Source of the DNA: Gammaproteobacteria bacterium
Lineage (GTDB): Bacteria > Pseudomonadota > Gammaproteobacteria > Steroidobacterales > Rariloculaceae
NCBI GenBank assembly: GCA_036563665.1
Contig: DATCLY010000025.1
Location: 21,042-85,041, forward strand
DNA: 64,000 nucleotides
Reading direction: 5' to 3'
Shown here: positions 52,639 through 62,475 of the stretch, in pieces
How positions within the stretch are numbered: the first letter of the stretch is position 1
Layout: each line of letters opens with the position of its first letter
Made by a program: the position numbers and the translations under genes
Notes under the pieces: model-generated
The model's database searches: none
What the model was told of the DNA's origin: nothing
The model's input: only the letters and a program-made list of their open reading frames with translations

Positions 52639-54105
52639 TTACTGCGACTCGGCCAGGCTACGGAGCAGCGCGGCCACCGATTCGTTGAACCCGCGGCCGG
52701 GGGTGGTCACGATGTCGAGCGCGGTGCGCCCCTCGTCGTCGCGCGCGTCGACGCGCGCGCCGTTCGCGACCAGCAACGTCACGAAGGCCGCGTTGCCGAG
52801 CCGCGCGGCCCGATGCAGCGCCGTCTCGCCGTTGGCGGCCCGCGCGTTGACGTCGACGCCCGCGTCGAGCAGCAGGCGCAACGCCTCGCGCGTGCGGTCG
52901 GTGTCGACGTCGCCGACCCCGCCGACGAATGGGCGCAGCGCCCCCGCCAGCACGAACACCGCGGTGGCGCCATCGGCCTGCGTGAGCATGGGATCCGCCC
53001 CGGCCTCGAGCAGGACGCGCATGGACTCCATGTCGAGGCCCCGCGCGGCGCGCATGAGCGCCGTCGTGCCGGCGCCGAGCGTGCGATCGGGGAAACCGTG
53101 ATGCCGCGGGATGGCGGGCTCGGTGAGCTGGGCGTTCGGATTGGCGCCGTGGGCGAGCGCGAGCCGCACGAGATCGTGCGCATCCCGCTCGTCCCGGTTC
53201 GGCCGCGCCGGCCGGCCGATCTCGCGGCCGAGCGTCGCCATGTCCACCGCGGCGTAGAGCGCGTTCACGCCGGTGCGGTCCGCCACGTTCGGATCCGCGC
53301 CCGCCTCGAGCAGCTCGGCCGCGAGATCGTAGTGGGCGTTCATGATCGCGATGGCGAGCGCCGTGGTGCCGTCCGGGTCCTGCGCGTCGAGGTCCGCCCC
53401 CATTTCGACGAGCGCCCGCGCCGCGGCGCGCGAGCCCTGGCGCGCGGCCAGCATGAGCGCCGTCCAGCCGCCGGAAGGCAGCACGGTGGAGACCATGCCC
53501 GTCTGCTCCCAGTTCATGGGCAGCAGGTCGAGCACGCGGGAATGCGCGTTCGGGTCCGCGCCGCCTTCGACGAGGGCACGGATCGCGTCGGGGTGATCCT
53601 CGGCCGCGGCCCACATGAGCCCCGTCTCGCCGAGCGACGTCTCGCTCGCGTTCGGATCGGCCCCCGCACGGAGCAGCACGCGAATGGTGGCGACGTCGCC
53701 CGCCCGCGCGGCCGCCATGAGCGCCGTCTCGCCGTGGGGCAGCGCGCCGTTCACCTCCGCGCCGTGCTCGAGCAGGAGCTCCGCGAGCGGCGCGTTGCGG
53801 TTGATGGCCGCGACCCAGAGCGGCGTGATGCCGAATCGATTGGGCAGGTTGGGATCCGCGCCCGCCGCGAGCAGCGTGCGGGCCAGCTCGACGTCGTTCG
53901 CCTGGCACGCCCAGAGCAGTGCGGTCATGCCGTCGCCGCCGGGCGCGTTTACGTCACCCGCCCCGGTGCCCGCCTCGAGCAAGTCGCGCACGGCGGCGAG
54001 ATCGCCCCGCCGCGCGGCCTCGACGAGGTCCACCGATGCCGGCCGGGCGGGCCCGGCCAGCAGCAGCACGGCGAGCGCGAGCAACCAGCGCGGACGCACG
54101 CTCAA
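52639..54105 (-). CDS. Secreted ankyrin-repeat protein, paralogue 3 (about 488 aa)
   Basis: C-terminal part of ORF 52639..54900(-). No in-frame ATG near the signal peptide. TTG 54105 overlaps the DUF1552-B stop as TTGA, and GTG 54099 is the alternative. Signal peptide RPRWLLALAVLLLAGPARPA. Multiple ankyrin units. Shares the central block NALYAAVDMAT...GTTALMRAA with paralogues 1 and 2. Confidence 0.88.
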   Translation of the reverse strand: MSVRPRWLLALAVLLLAGPARPASVDLVEAARRGDLAAVRDLLEAGTGAGDVNAPGGDGMTALLWACQANDVELARTLLAAGADPNLPNRFGITPLWVAAINRNAPLAELLLEHGAEVNGALPHGETALMAAARAGDVATIRVLLRAGADPNASETSLGETGLMWAAAEDHPDAIRALVEGGADPNAHSRVLDLLPMNWEQTGMVSTVLPSGGWTALMLAARQGSRAAARALVEMGADLDAQDPDGTTALAIAIMNAHYDLAAELLEAGADPNVADRTGVNALYAAVDMATLGREIGRPARPNRDERDAHDLVRLALAHGANPNAQLTEPAIPRHHGFPDRTLGAGTTALMRAARGLDMESMRVLLEAGADPMLTQADGATAVFVLAGALRPFVGGVGDVDTDRTREALRLLLDAGVDVNARAANGETALHRAARLGNAAFVTLLVANGARVDARDDEGRTALDIVTTPGRGFNESVAALLRSLAESQ

Positions 54106-55412
54106 ATGTCCACCGTGCCCGTGCTGATGCCGAACGTGTCCATCTCCACGCCGTAATGCTGCGCGAGCGTGAGCATGAGGTTCGCGATCGGCGTCTCCGG
54201 CGCCGCCTGGACGTGGCGGCTGCCCCGACCGCCGAACCCGCCCACGAGCAGCGTCGGCAGATCGTTCGGGTCGTGGTTGTTGCTCTCGCTCATCCCGCTG
54301 CCGAACAGGATCATCGAGCTGTCGAGCAGCGACCCGTCGGCATCCGGCGTCTCCGCGAGCCGTGCCAGGAATTTCTCGAATAGCGTGATGTGATACACGT
54401 TGAGCTTGACGAGCTGCTGCTTCTTCTCCTCGTTGCCGCCGTGATGCGACAGCGAGTGATGCGGCTCCGTGATCCCGATCTCCGGGTACGTCCGCTGGGT
54501 GATGTCGCGGCTCATCATGAACGTGAACACCCGCGTCAGGTCCGCGGCCCACGCGAGCGTCAGCAGCTCGAACTGCAGCCCGACGTGCTCCGCGAAGGAG
54601 TCCGGAATGCCGACCGGCGCCGCCGGTATGTCGAGCTCCGCCCCCGCCTGACGCTCCGCCCGCTCGATGCGCTGCTCCGTCTCCCGCACGTTGTCCAGAT
54701 AGTCCTCGAGCCGCGCGCGGTCCTGCGGGCCGATGTCGCGCGTGAGATCGGCCAGGTCGTCCTGGATCGAATCCAGGATGCTGCGGCCCGTGCGCATCCG
54801 CTCGAGCCGCTGCTCCGGCGTGCCGGCGCGCCCGAACAGCCGCTCGAACAGCCGCCGCGGATTGATCTCCATCGGCAACGGCTCCGTCGGCGACGCCCAC
54901 GACAGCGTGTTCACGTACGCGCAGGCATACGCCGGGTCACATCCGCCGATGTATCCGGTGAAATCTTCCGTCGCCACCTCGAGCGACTTGAACACCGTGT
55001 CCTGACCGATGTGGTTGGCGATGACCTGATCCACGGTGGTCCCCGCGCGCACGTCCTCGGCCACCGTGCGCTTCGGGATGCTGCCCGACAGCCACGACGC
55101 CACCGTCACCGCGTGCCCCGCCACCGGATTGCAGAGCTGCGACACCACCGTGAGCTGGTCGCGGTAGGCCGCCAACGGCTCGAGAATCGGCGAGAGCTCC
55201 ACGTCGTACCCCACCTGCGCGGGCGTCCAGTAGCCCGGCCGCTCGCCGTGCGGCACGAACACCACGCCGAACCGCTTCGGCCGGCGATCCGGGGTGGCGC
55301 CGAGCGCGGTCGCCGCGGGCCACATGGCGCTCAGGAACGGCAGCGCCACGCTCACACCCGCGCCCCGCAGCACGTGCCGTCGGGAAAGCGCCTTTCGCGT
55401 CAAGAACCCCAT
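54102..55412 (-). CDS. DUF1552-family Tat-exported protein (cassette B)
   Basis: ATG 55412 of ORF 54102..55463(-) with GAGGAG upstream. Tat signal MGFLTRKALSRRHVLRGAGVSVALPFLSAM. Collinear with 39434..40777. Confidence 0.88.
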   Translation of the reverse strand: MGFLTRKALSRRHVLRGAGVSVALPFLSAMWPAATALGATPDRRPKRFGVVFVPHGERPGYWTPAQVGYDVELSPILEPLAAYRDQLTVVSQLCNPVAGHAVTVASWLSGSIPKRTVAEDVRAGTTVDQVIANHIGQDTVFKSLEVATEDFTGYIGGCDPAYACAYVNTLSWASPTEPLPMEINPRRLFERLFGRAGTPEQRLERMRTGRSILDSIQDDLADLTRDIGPQDRARLEDYLDNVRETEQRIERAERQAGAELDIPAAPVGIPDSFAEHVGLQFELLTLAWAADLTRVFTFMMSRDITQRTYPEIGITEPHHSLSHHGGNEEKKQQLVKLNVYHITLFEKFLARLAETPDADGSLLDSSMILFGSGMSESNNHDPNDLPTLLVGGFGGRGSRHVQAAPETPIANLMLTLAQHYGVEMDTFGISTGTVDI

Positions 55413-55425
55413 CGATCCATCTCCT

Positions 55426-57849
55426 CTAGGCCGAGGCGTCGGCAGCCGCCTCGGGTTTGACACGCATTCTGAACGGAACGCTGTTCACGATGCCGAGAAC
55501 GATCTCCGAGAAGCGGTAGTCGTCCTCCGCCGCGTCGCGGACGATCCGCCGCACGGCCGGCATGTCGTCGGCCGTGAGCCCACGCCCCAGCGCATAGATC
55601 ATGAGCTTCTCCACGAGCGTGCCCACGAACACTTGCGGGTCGCGCAGCAGCGCCTCGCGCAGCTCGACGGGCCCCGTCACCTCGGTGCCGTCCGTCAGCC
55701 GGGCGTGCGCATCGATGCGGGGCGTATCGATGCCGGCCTCGTGGTCCCGCCACGCGCCCACCGCGTCGAAATTCTCGAGCGCGAAGCCGATCGGATCCAT
55801 GATGCCGTGGCACGCGGCGCACACCGAGTTCTGCCGGTGAGCCTCGAGCCGCGCGCGCAGCGTGTCGGCCACCACTTCCTCGAGCGGCGGCACGTCTGGC
55901 GGCGGCGGAGGCGGCGGCGTGCCGAGCAGGTTCGTGAGCACCCAGTTCCCGCGGACCACGGGCGACGTCCTGTCGGTGTGCGACGTGACCATCAGCACGC
56001 TGCCCTTGCCGAGCAGGCCGAAGCGGGCCTCGTCCTCGAGCTGCACGCGCCTGAAGTGCGGGCCGTAGACCCCCTCGATCCCGTAGTGCCGCGCCACGCG
56101 CTCGTTGAGGAAAGTGTAGTCCGCGGTCATGAAGTCGAGGACGTTGCGGTCCTCACGCATCACGCTCTCGAAGAACAGCCTCGTCTCCGTGAGGAAGCCC
56201 TGACGCAGGTTGTCGTCGAAGTCCGGGAAGCCCACCGAGTTCGGCACGAAGCTCTCGAGGTTGCGCAGATACAGCCACTGGCCGGCGAAGTTGTCGACCA
56301 GCGCCGCGGCTTTCGGGTCGGCCAGCATGCGGCGCACTTGCGCCTCGAGCACGCGGGGATCGGTGAGCGCGTCGCGCTCGGCGAGCTCGAGCAGCTCGTC
56401 GTCGGGGATGCTGCTCCAGAGGAAGAAGGACAGCCGCGTCGCGAGCTCGCGGCTCGCGACCGGATACGCCTCGCCCGGAGCGACCTCCGGCGGGTCGCGC
56501 TCCACGCGGAAGGTGAACTTGGGGCTCGCGAGCAACCGCTCGATGGCGACCTGGATGCCGCCCTCGAAACCGCGCGCGGCGCGGCCCCGCTCGAAGAAAG
56601 CCATGAGCGTGTCCACGTCGTGCGGCGTGTCGTAGCCGCGATAGGCGCGCCGCGCGAGCGTCGAGAGGATCTCGCGCGCACACTCGCGCTCCGCCGCCTC
56701 GCTCGCCGCCGCGTCCGGGTAGCACACGAAGATGCGTTGCCGCGAGGGCGTATCGCCCGGCCCCGTGGCACCGTAAGGACCGGACACGGTCAGCGTCTCG
56801 ATGTGCGGGTGACCGGTCACGTCGAGGATGTCCTGGGAGCTGCGCAGATACGGCTGAAGCCGCACGCTCGTCTGCAGCGCACCCTGGTACACGAAGCCCA
56901 CGCTGATGTCGTGCGGCCCGGCCGTGAGCGGCACGACGGTGGAGCTGCGCGCCTCCACCGCTTCCGCCGCCTCCGTGATGTTGCGCATGAGGGCGGCGAA
57001 GTCCTCCGGCCCCCCGATCGTGGCCGAGTGCACGCGCCGGCCGTCGACGGCGATCTCCATCTCGTGCGCCGTCTCGAGCCCTTTCATGGCGCCGAGGTTC
57101 GATTTGAAGTACGTGACGTCGAGGCGGTACTCGCCGTCGAGCGGCAGCACCACGCGCCACCGGCCGCCGCCGACCGTCCCGAGCGGCATGCCGGGCACCG
57201 GGATGTCTTGCGAAGCGTCCTGGCGTACGCGGAACGTCTGCGCGGCGGGGCCCGTGGTGGGGTCGCCCACTGCGAGCGCCGCGATCTCGCCGGCCGCGCT
57301 CAAGTACTGCTCGACGAGCACGGGCGAGGTGCCGAGCGCCTCCGCGTTGTTGTCGAAGCCGTAGGCGGAGTCGTCGGGCGGCAGCAGCGCCGTGGCGTCG
57401 ATCTCGACGTGCAGCAGGTCGCGCACCGCGTTCTCGTATTCCGCGCGATTCAGCCGCCGCACGAGCGCGGGCCCCGGATTCGGCCGCTCGCGCGCCGCGC
57501 GGTCGAGCCGCTCCTCGAGCCACGAGATGAGCGCGCGCCGCTCTTCGGCCGGCGGCTTGGGCGCATCCGCCGGCGGCATCATGCCCGCGCGCAGCTTGCG
57601 GATGACCTTCTCCCACGCGTCGGCATCGCGCTCCGGATGGGAGAGATCGAGCTCGTCGAGCGCCAGATCCGCCGTGAGATCGATGGGATTATGACAATCG
57701 AGGCAGTAGCGATCGACGAGCCTGCGATGATCGTCGACGGAGGGCGCGAGGCTCGCGCGCACGACCAGGTAGCCGGCGGGCAGGCCGACGCTCGCCACGA
57801 GCAGCGCCGCGAGAAGGCGCCGGTCAGCTGCGACTCCGCGATTCCTCAT
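55426..57849 (-). CDS. DUF1592/DUF1595/DUF1587/DUF1585/DUF1588 multidomain protein with CxxCH motifs (cassette B)
   Basis: ORF 55426..57849(-), 807 aa. CLDCH at 57691..57705 and a later CAACH. Blocks LSFFLWSSIPDDELLELA, TADYTFLNERVARHYG, DRTSPVVRGNWVL and PPPPPPPD. Collinear with 40780..43212. Confidence 0.88.
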   Translation of the reverse strand: MRNRGVAADRRLLAALLVASVGLPAGYLVVRASLAPSVDDHRRLVDRYCLDCHNPIDLTADLALDELDLSHPERDADAWEKVIRKLRAGMMPPADAPKPPAEERRALISWLEERLDRAARERPNPGPALVRRLNRAEYENAVRDLLHVEIDATALLPPDDSAYGFDNNAEALGTSPVLVEQYLSAAGEIAALAVGDPTTGPAAQTFRVRQDASQDIPVPGMPLGTVGGGRWRVVLPLDGEYRLDVTYFKSNLGAMKGLETAHEMEIAVDGRRVHSATIGGPEDFAALMRNITEAAEAVEARSSTVVPLTAGPHDISVGFVYQGALQTSVRLQPYLRSSQDILDVTGHPHIETLTVSGPYGATGPGDTPSRQRIFVCYPDAAASEAAERECAREILSTLARRAYRGYDTPHDVDTLMAFFERGRAARGFEGGIQVAIERLLASPKFTFRVERDPPEVAPGEAYPVASRELATRLSFFLWSSIPDDELLELAERDALTDPRVLEAQVRRMLADPKAAALVDNFAGQWLYLRNLESFVPNSVGFPDFDDNLRQGFLTETRLFFESVMREDRNVLDFMTADYTFLNERVARHYGIEGVYGPHFRRVQLEDEARFGLLGKGSVLMVTSHTDRTSPVVRGNWVLTNLLGTPPPPPPPDVPPLEEVVADTLRARLEAHRQNSVCAACHGIMDPIGFALENFDAVGAWRDHEAGIDTPRIDAHARLTDGTEVTGPVELREALLRDPQVFVGTLVEKLMIYALGRGLTADDMPAVRRIVRDAAEDDYRFSEIVLGIVNSVPFRMRVKPEAAADASA

Positions 57850-58046
57850 GATGCGACCGGATGCGCCGACGGCGAATCCAATTGATCTCGACGAAGTCTA
57901 CCGCCGAATCGGTTGCAAATCTCCGGAGCGTCGCCGCAACCGGCAGCGACGGCAGCGACACGCGTTGTTCGCTCATCTCGAATGCTATGACTGCGAGCAA
58001 CAGGAACGCCTGCGCCTCCGGCCGTCGGCGTCTGTGCGTCCTCGGG

Positions 58047-58784
58047 CTACGCGCGCTTCGGCCGGCACACGAAGTACAGGCACACGGCGAACCGCTCGGG
58101 GAGCGGCGCGGTCCGCTCGAGCCAGCGCCAGGCGGACGCGGGCAGCAGCCGCAGCAGCCACTTGTCGTAGGAGGCGATGCCGCGCCACTCGACGACTTCG
58201 AGGCCGTGGCGGGCGGCGAGCGCCACGCACTCTCGCAGCGTCATCGAGGAGAACGCCTCGCCCGTGATACGCGCCTTCGCGGCGACCACGGCGCGGGTGC
58301 TGTAGCGGTTGCCGTGCACGTTGAACACGAGCCGCGAAGCGTCGTCACGGAGAGCGGACGCGAGCCAGGCCATCGCCTCCTCGCGCAGGGACGGCTGCGC
58401 GTTCAGGAAGAACCGGAAGGCGGTGATGAGATCGAACCTGCGCCCGCCGAGCACGTCCGGGTCGCGCGTCGGATCGCCGCACACGAGCTCGGCCGCACGC
58501 ACGCGCTGCCGGGCGGCGGTCAGCATCGTGTCCGAGATGTCGACGCCCACCGCCGAGCGGAAACGCTGCTCGAGATAGGCGAGCACGCGCCCCGTGCCGC
58601 ACGCGAAATCGAGGTAGCTGTCGCGGCGCGCCACGTGCCGCTGCAGGATCTCGTCGAGGAGGCGCTGCTCGCGCTCCCACACGACCGCGTTGAAGGAGCC
58701 GGACGGGAACAAGGTGGCGTCGTAGTCCTTGGCCCAGGACTCCTCTCCGACGTGCGCGGTTCGGTAATCCCGCAGGCCCCTCAT
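58047..58784 (-). CDS. Class I SAM-dependent methyltransferase
   Basis: ATG 58784 within ORF 58047..59429(-) overlaps the upstream stop (ATGA). Motif I is YLDFACGTGRV. Also contains VGVDISDTML and a DLITAFRFF post-I/II pattern. Confidence 0.85.
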   Translation of the reverse strand: MRGLRDYRTAHVGEESWAKDYDATLFPSGSFNAVVWEREQRLLDEILQRHVARRDSYLDFACGTGRVLAYLEQRFRSAVGVDISDTMLTAARQRVRAAELVCGDPTRDPDVLGGRRFDLITAFRFFLNAQPSLREEAMAWLASALRDDASRLVFNVHGNRYSTRAVVAAKARITGEAFSSMTLRECVALAARHGLEVVEWRGIASYDKWLLRLLPASAWRWLERTAPLPERFAVCLYFVCRPKRA

Positions 58785-59596
58785 GCCGTGGGCGCGAGGT
58801 CGTCCGTGCGAAACAGCCGGCTGCGCCGCAGATACCGGCCCGCGAACGACTCGCCGAGATACGTCGTCTCGAGGAGCTCGTTGGCGCAGCGCTCGAGCAG
58901 GCGGCGATCGTAGGCGTCGGGCGCGGTGCGGAAGTAGCCACGGACGAAGGCGCGCGCGAGCTCGCGCAGCTCTGCCCGCATGGCCAGGTGGAGCTGGTGG
59001 GGCGGATACTTGGCCCTGAGCAGCAGCACGAACAGCGCGATGTCGCGGTAGACGTCGCCGCGGTTGTACGCCGGGAAGCGGGCATAGTCGGGCGGCGTGA
59101 AATCCACGAACACGGCCCGGTCGGCGCCGCGCTTCACGAGGACGTTGTCGAAGTCGAAGTCGCCGTGGATGCGGCGCGTGTGCCGGTGCAGCTCTTCGAG
59201 CGCCGCGCCGATCGCCCAGAAGAGGCGGCGCAGCTCCGGGGGCGGAATCCCCTGGAACGTGCGATGCCGGATCACCGTGCGAACGGGCTTCCACCCGACC
59301 AGCAGCTCGTAGTCGATCCGTAGCTCCCGTGGGTCCGCCAGCAGCACGCGCGGGACTCGCAGCCACGACGAGCGCTGCGCCGCCGCCCACGCCCGCAGCG
59401 AGTTGCGCAGCGTGGCGCGATACAGCCACTCCTCCGCGAAACGCTTGCTGAAGCGCGGCACGCCGGGGGCCGGCGGCGGCGTTCCGGCCGCGGAAGCGGC
59501 CAGCGCGTCGTGCGTCGCCCGGTTGCCGGTGGTCCCTGCGATCGCGCTCCTCCTCGAGCTCGCCGTGCGGGCCGCGGCCCGCCGGCCGTCACGCAA
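58781..59596 (-). CDS. Small protein-kinase-like fold protein (Kdo/WaaP/RIO-like)
   Basis: ORF 58781..59596(-), start uncertain (TTG 59596). Catalytic-loop-like IHGDFDFDNVLV followed by VFVDFT (DFG-equivalent). The N-lobe is short with no clear Gly-rich loop. Confidence 0.65.
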   Translation of the reverse strand: MRDGRRAAARTASSRRSAIAGTTGNRATHDALAASAAGTPPPAPGVPRFSKRFAEEWLYRATLRNSLRAWAAAQRSSWLRVPRVLLADPRELRIDYELLVGWKPVRTVIRHRTFQGIPPPELRRLFWAIGAALEELHRHTRRIHGDFDFDNVLVKRGADRAVFVDFTPPDYARFPAYNRGDVYRDIALFVLLLRAKYPPHQLHLAMRAELRELARAFVRGYFRTAPDAYDRRLLERCANELLETTYLGESFAGRYLRRSRLFRTDDLAPTA

Positions 59597-59790
59597 CCGT
59601 CATCATTTTGTCACACCGACGCGCGGCAGGTTCGCGCGGCGGCGGCTCGCTCCTCGACGAGCTGGAGCGCCCGTGCTACGGAAGGCATGAAGCGGCGGTT
59701 CCCGCAACGGGCTGCGGCGCGCGATCGGCGGGCTTCCTCCCGCCGACCGCTGCTATCATCCCGCGTGGTGCTTCGCTCCGGGGGGCCCGC

Positions 59791-60825
59791 ATGAGGCCGA
59801 TCTGGATACTCGTCCTGCTCGCCGCCGGCCCGGCCGGCGCGCTCGCGCAGAGCTGCGAGCCGGAAGGCGACCTGCGGTTCGTGTGCGGCTTGAACGCCGT
59901 CGAGGACCTGGTGCGGGTGGGCGATTCGCGGTGGTTGCTGGGCAGCGGCCTCGGGGGCGACGGCCAGCCGGGCACGCTGGTGCTGATCGATTCCGACGCG
60001 AAGACGGGCGAGGTGATCTATCCGGCCGAGCGCGCCCCCGTAGCGCACGCCCGCGAGCGCTTTCCGGCCTGCGCCGCACCGCCCGACGCGAGCGTGTTCA
60101 ACGCCCACGGCATCACGCTGCGGGCCACCGGGGCCGGCCGGTACGAGCTCCTCGTCGTGAATCACGGCGGGCGCGAAGCGGTCGAGTTCTTCGACGTGGA
60201 TGCGCGCGGCGCGAAGCCCGCGCTCACGTGGATCGGCTGCGTGAACATGCCGCCCGACACCTCGATCAACTCGCTCGACACGCTCCCGGACGGCGGCTTC
60301 ATCGCTACGCACTTCTACACGCCGAGCAAGGGCGGCATGGGCGCCGTGTTCGACGGCGAGATCACCGGCGGGCTGCTCGAATGGCATCCGGGCGGCGAGG
60401 TCACGCCGATTCCCGGCACGGAGCTTTCCGGCGCGAACGGCATCGCGCTGTCGGACGGCGGCCGCGTGATTCACGTGGCGGCGTGGGGCACGCGCGACCT
60501 CGTGCGCTTCGAGCGGCGCGGCGGCGGCGTCACCAAGCGCGCCGTGCCCGTGGACTTCGCGCTCGACAACATTCGCTGGACGTCCGACCGCAAGCTGCTG
60601 ATCGCCGGGCAGAAGTTCGTTCCCCGCCGCGAAGGCCCGGAGTCGCTCGACGGCTGGACGGTGGCCGTGTACGACCCCGACACCCTCGAGCACGTCGCCA
60701 CGCTCAAGGATGTCGACGAGACCGCCGCGTTCCAGGGCGTGAGCAGCGCGCTCGAGGTGGGTGACACGATCTGGGTCGGCCCCTTCGAGGGCGATCGCAT
60801 CGCGTACTTCCCGAACCCGCGCTGA
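59791..60825 (+). CDS. Secreted SMP-30/arylesterase/strictosidine-synthase-like beta-propeller protein
   Basis: ATG 59791 within ORF 59608..60825(+). Signal peptide MRPIWILVLLAAGPAGALAQ. Blocks NAHGITL, LSGANGIALSDGGRVIHVA and a GVSSALEVGDTIWVGPFEGDRIAY C-terminus. Confidence 0.8.
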   Translation: MRPIWILVLLAAGPAGALAQSCEPEGDLRFVCGLNAVEDLVRVGDSRWLLGSGLGGDGQPGTLVLIDSDAKTGEVIYPAERAPVAHARERFPACAAPPDASVFNAHGITLRATGAGRYELLVVNHGGREAVEFFDVDARGAKPALTWIGCVNMPPDTSINSLDTLPDGGFIATHFYTPSKGGMGAVFDGEITGGLLEWHPGGEVTPIPGTELSGANGIALSDGGRVIHVAAWGTRDLVRFERRGGGVTKRAVPVDFALDNIRWTSDRKLLIAGQKFVPRREGPESLDGWTVAVYDPDTLEHVATLKDVDETAAFQGVSSALEVGDTIWVGPFEGDRIAYFPNPR

Positions 60826-60864
60826 CGCCGCCGAAGTGGCGGCCCGCCCGGGCGGCGGGCCTCG

Positions 60865-61584
60865 TCAGAAGCGGTTGCGCTTGATGATCTCCGTGATGCC
60901 GTGGAGATCGTCGATCTCGTAGTCGGCCGGCGTGTCTCCGGGCTGGAACGTGTCGCGCGTCATGCCGGAACGGCGGATCTGCGCCGTGATCATGTCGATC
61001 GCCATGGCGCCCTGACAGTCGAAGGTGGGCCCGGCGCAGTAGAGCACGTCGCGGACGTCGAGCCCCGTCTGACGCAGCACCCAGTAGTAGGTCCGCGGAT
61101 GCGGCTTGTGGAAGCCGGCCTCCTCGGTAGTGCCCACGAAGTCGGGCTTGAAGCGCTTGAACTTGCTCACGTACATGTCGAGGTACTTGCGCTCGACGTC
61201 GGAGTAGATGAGCACCTTGACGCCCAAATCCTGCTGCTCCTGCAGCGCGGCCTCGGTCTCGGGGAAGAGCTGCACCTGGTCCTGCAGGTCCAGCATGAGG
61301 TGAACGTCGTCCGGCGAGCCTTCGATGCCGTGGATCTTGAAGGCCGTCATCATCGCCTGCTGCACGAGATCCGACACCGGCGTGTAGCGGAAAGCGGCCG
61401 CACGCCGATGCGCGCCTTCGAACTGCCGCGCCCAGGTCTCGAGGAACGCGTCGGCTCCGACCGGCGCGTCGTACTTCTTCACGATCTCCTCCGCCGCGCG
61501 CCGCCACGTCCACGGCCAGTCGAACAGCGTGCCCTTCGAGTCGTAGAAGATCGCACGCGGCCACCGTCCCTTGAGTACGCCCAT
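60865..61584 (-). CDS. HAD-superfamily hydrolase (haloacid dehalogenase type II-like)
   Basis: ORF 60865..61584(-). Motif I is IFYDSKGTLFDW. Also contains LIYSDVE, GFHKPHPRTYYW and a later CAGPTFDCQGA. Confidence 0.82.
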   Translation of the reverse strand: MGVLKGRWPRAIFYDSKGTLFDWPWTWRRAAEEIVKKYDAPVGADAFLETWARQFEGAHRRAAAFRYTPVSDLVQQAMMTAFKIHGIEGSPDDVHLMLDLQDQVQLFPETEAALQEQQDLGVKVLIYSDVERKYLDMYVSKFKRFKPDFVGTTEEAGFHKPHPRTYYWVLRQTGLDVRDVLYCAGPTFDCQGAMAIDMITAQIRRSGMTRDTFQPGDTPADYEIDDLHGITEIIKRNRF

Positions 61585-61610
61585 CTCGATCCTCCTCCTT
61601 GCCTTCGAGC

Positions 61611-62462
61611 TCAGCGCATCTCCGCGATCACGCCGTCGAGGCCCACGAGCATCTCGAGCCGCCCCCAGTTGAACTCGGACTCGAGCACGCTCTGGATCTC
61701 CTCGCGCGAGCGGCGTTGCGCGTTCATCTCCCGCACCATGTCCTGCGTGCGGGTGAGATATTCGATGTAGCCCTCGATGTTCTGCCGGTCGGTGGTGCCG
61801 CTATGGCCCGGGATGACCACGTCGAAATCGAGCGCGAGCAGCCGCTCGAGCGTGCGGGTCCAATCGCGCAGGCTGCCGCCGGCGCTGTAATCGATCACCG
61901 CGCGGTACGGATCGTAGAGCGCGAACAGGTCGCCCGTGATGACGACGCGGCGGGTGGGCAGATGGACGACGATGTCGCCGTCGGTGTGCCCACGGCCGAA
62001 GTAGTGCAGGTCGATCGGCATGTCGTCGAGCCACACGCGCATGTAGTCGCGCATGGTGATGTTCGGCAAGCCGGGCACGTTGCGCTCGGCCATGATCCTG
62101 CGCGCGTTCTCGGACGCGATGATGGCCGCGCCCACGTCCTGCATGGCGGGGTTGCCGCCGGTGTGATCCGGGTGCAGGTGCGTATTGATGACGTAGAGCA
62201 ACGGAGCGTCCGTCACCTCGCGCACGAGCTTCATGATGGCCTCGTGATCCTGCGGGAACTTGTCGTCGACGAGCACCACGCCCTCTTCGCCGACCAGCAC
62301 CGTCACGTTACCGGCCATCGCGTTGCGGATGGTGTAGATGTTTTCCTGCACCTCCACGCGCGTCATCTCCGGCGGGCCGAAGCCGCCCTGGGCGTGCACT
62401 GCAGGCATCGCCGCCAGGGAGAGCGCGAGGCAGGTGACCGTCGCCAGCACCGTCGTTCTCAT
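61611..62462 (-). CDS. Secreted MBL-fold metallo-hydrolase (canonical HxHxDH)
   Basis: ORF 61611..62462(-). Signal peptide MRTTVLATVTCLALSLAAMPAVHA. Motifs INTHLHPDHTGGN, GRGHTDGD and IPGHSG. Confidence 0.9.
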   Translation of the reverse strand: MRTTVLATVTCLALSLAAMPAVHAQGGFGPPEMTRVEVQENIYTIRNAMAGNVTVLVGEEGVVLVDDKFPQDHEAIMKLVREVTDAPLLYVINTHLHPDHTGGNPAMQDVGAAIIASENARRIMAERNVPGLPNITMRDYMRVWLDDMPIDLHYFGRGHTDGDIVVHLPTRRVVITGDLFALYDPYRAVIDYSAGGSLRDWTRTLERLLALDFDVVIPGHSGTTDRQNIEGYIEYLTRTQDMVREMNAQRRSREEIQSVLESEFNWGRLEMLVGLDGVIAEMR

Positions 62463-62475
62463 CGGAGGCTCCGTC

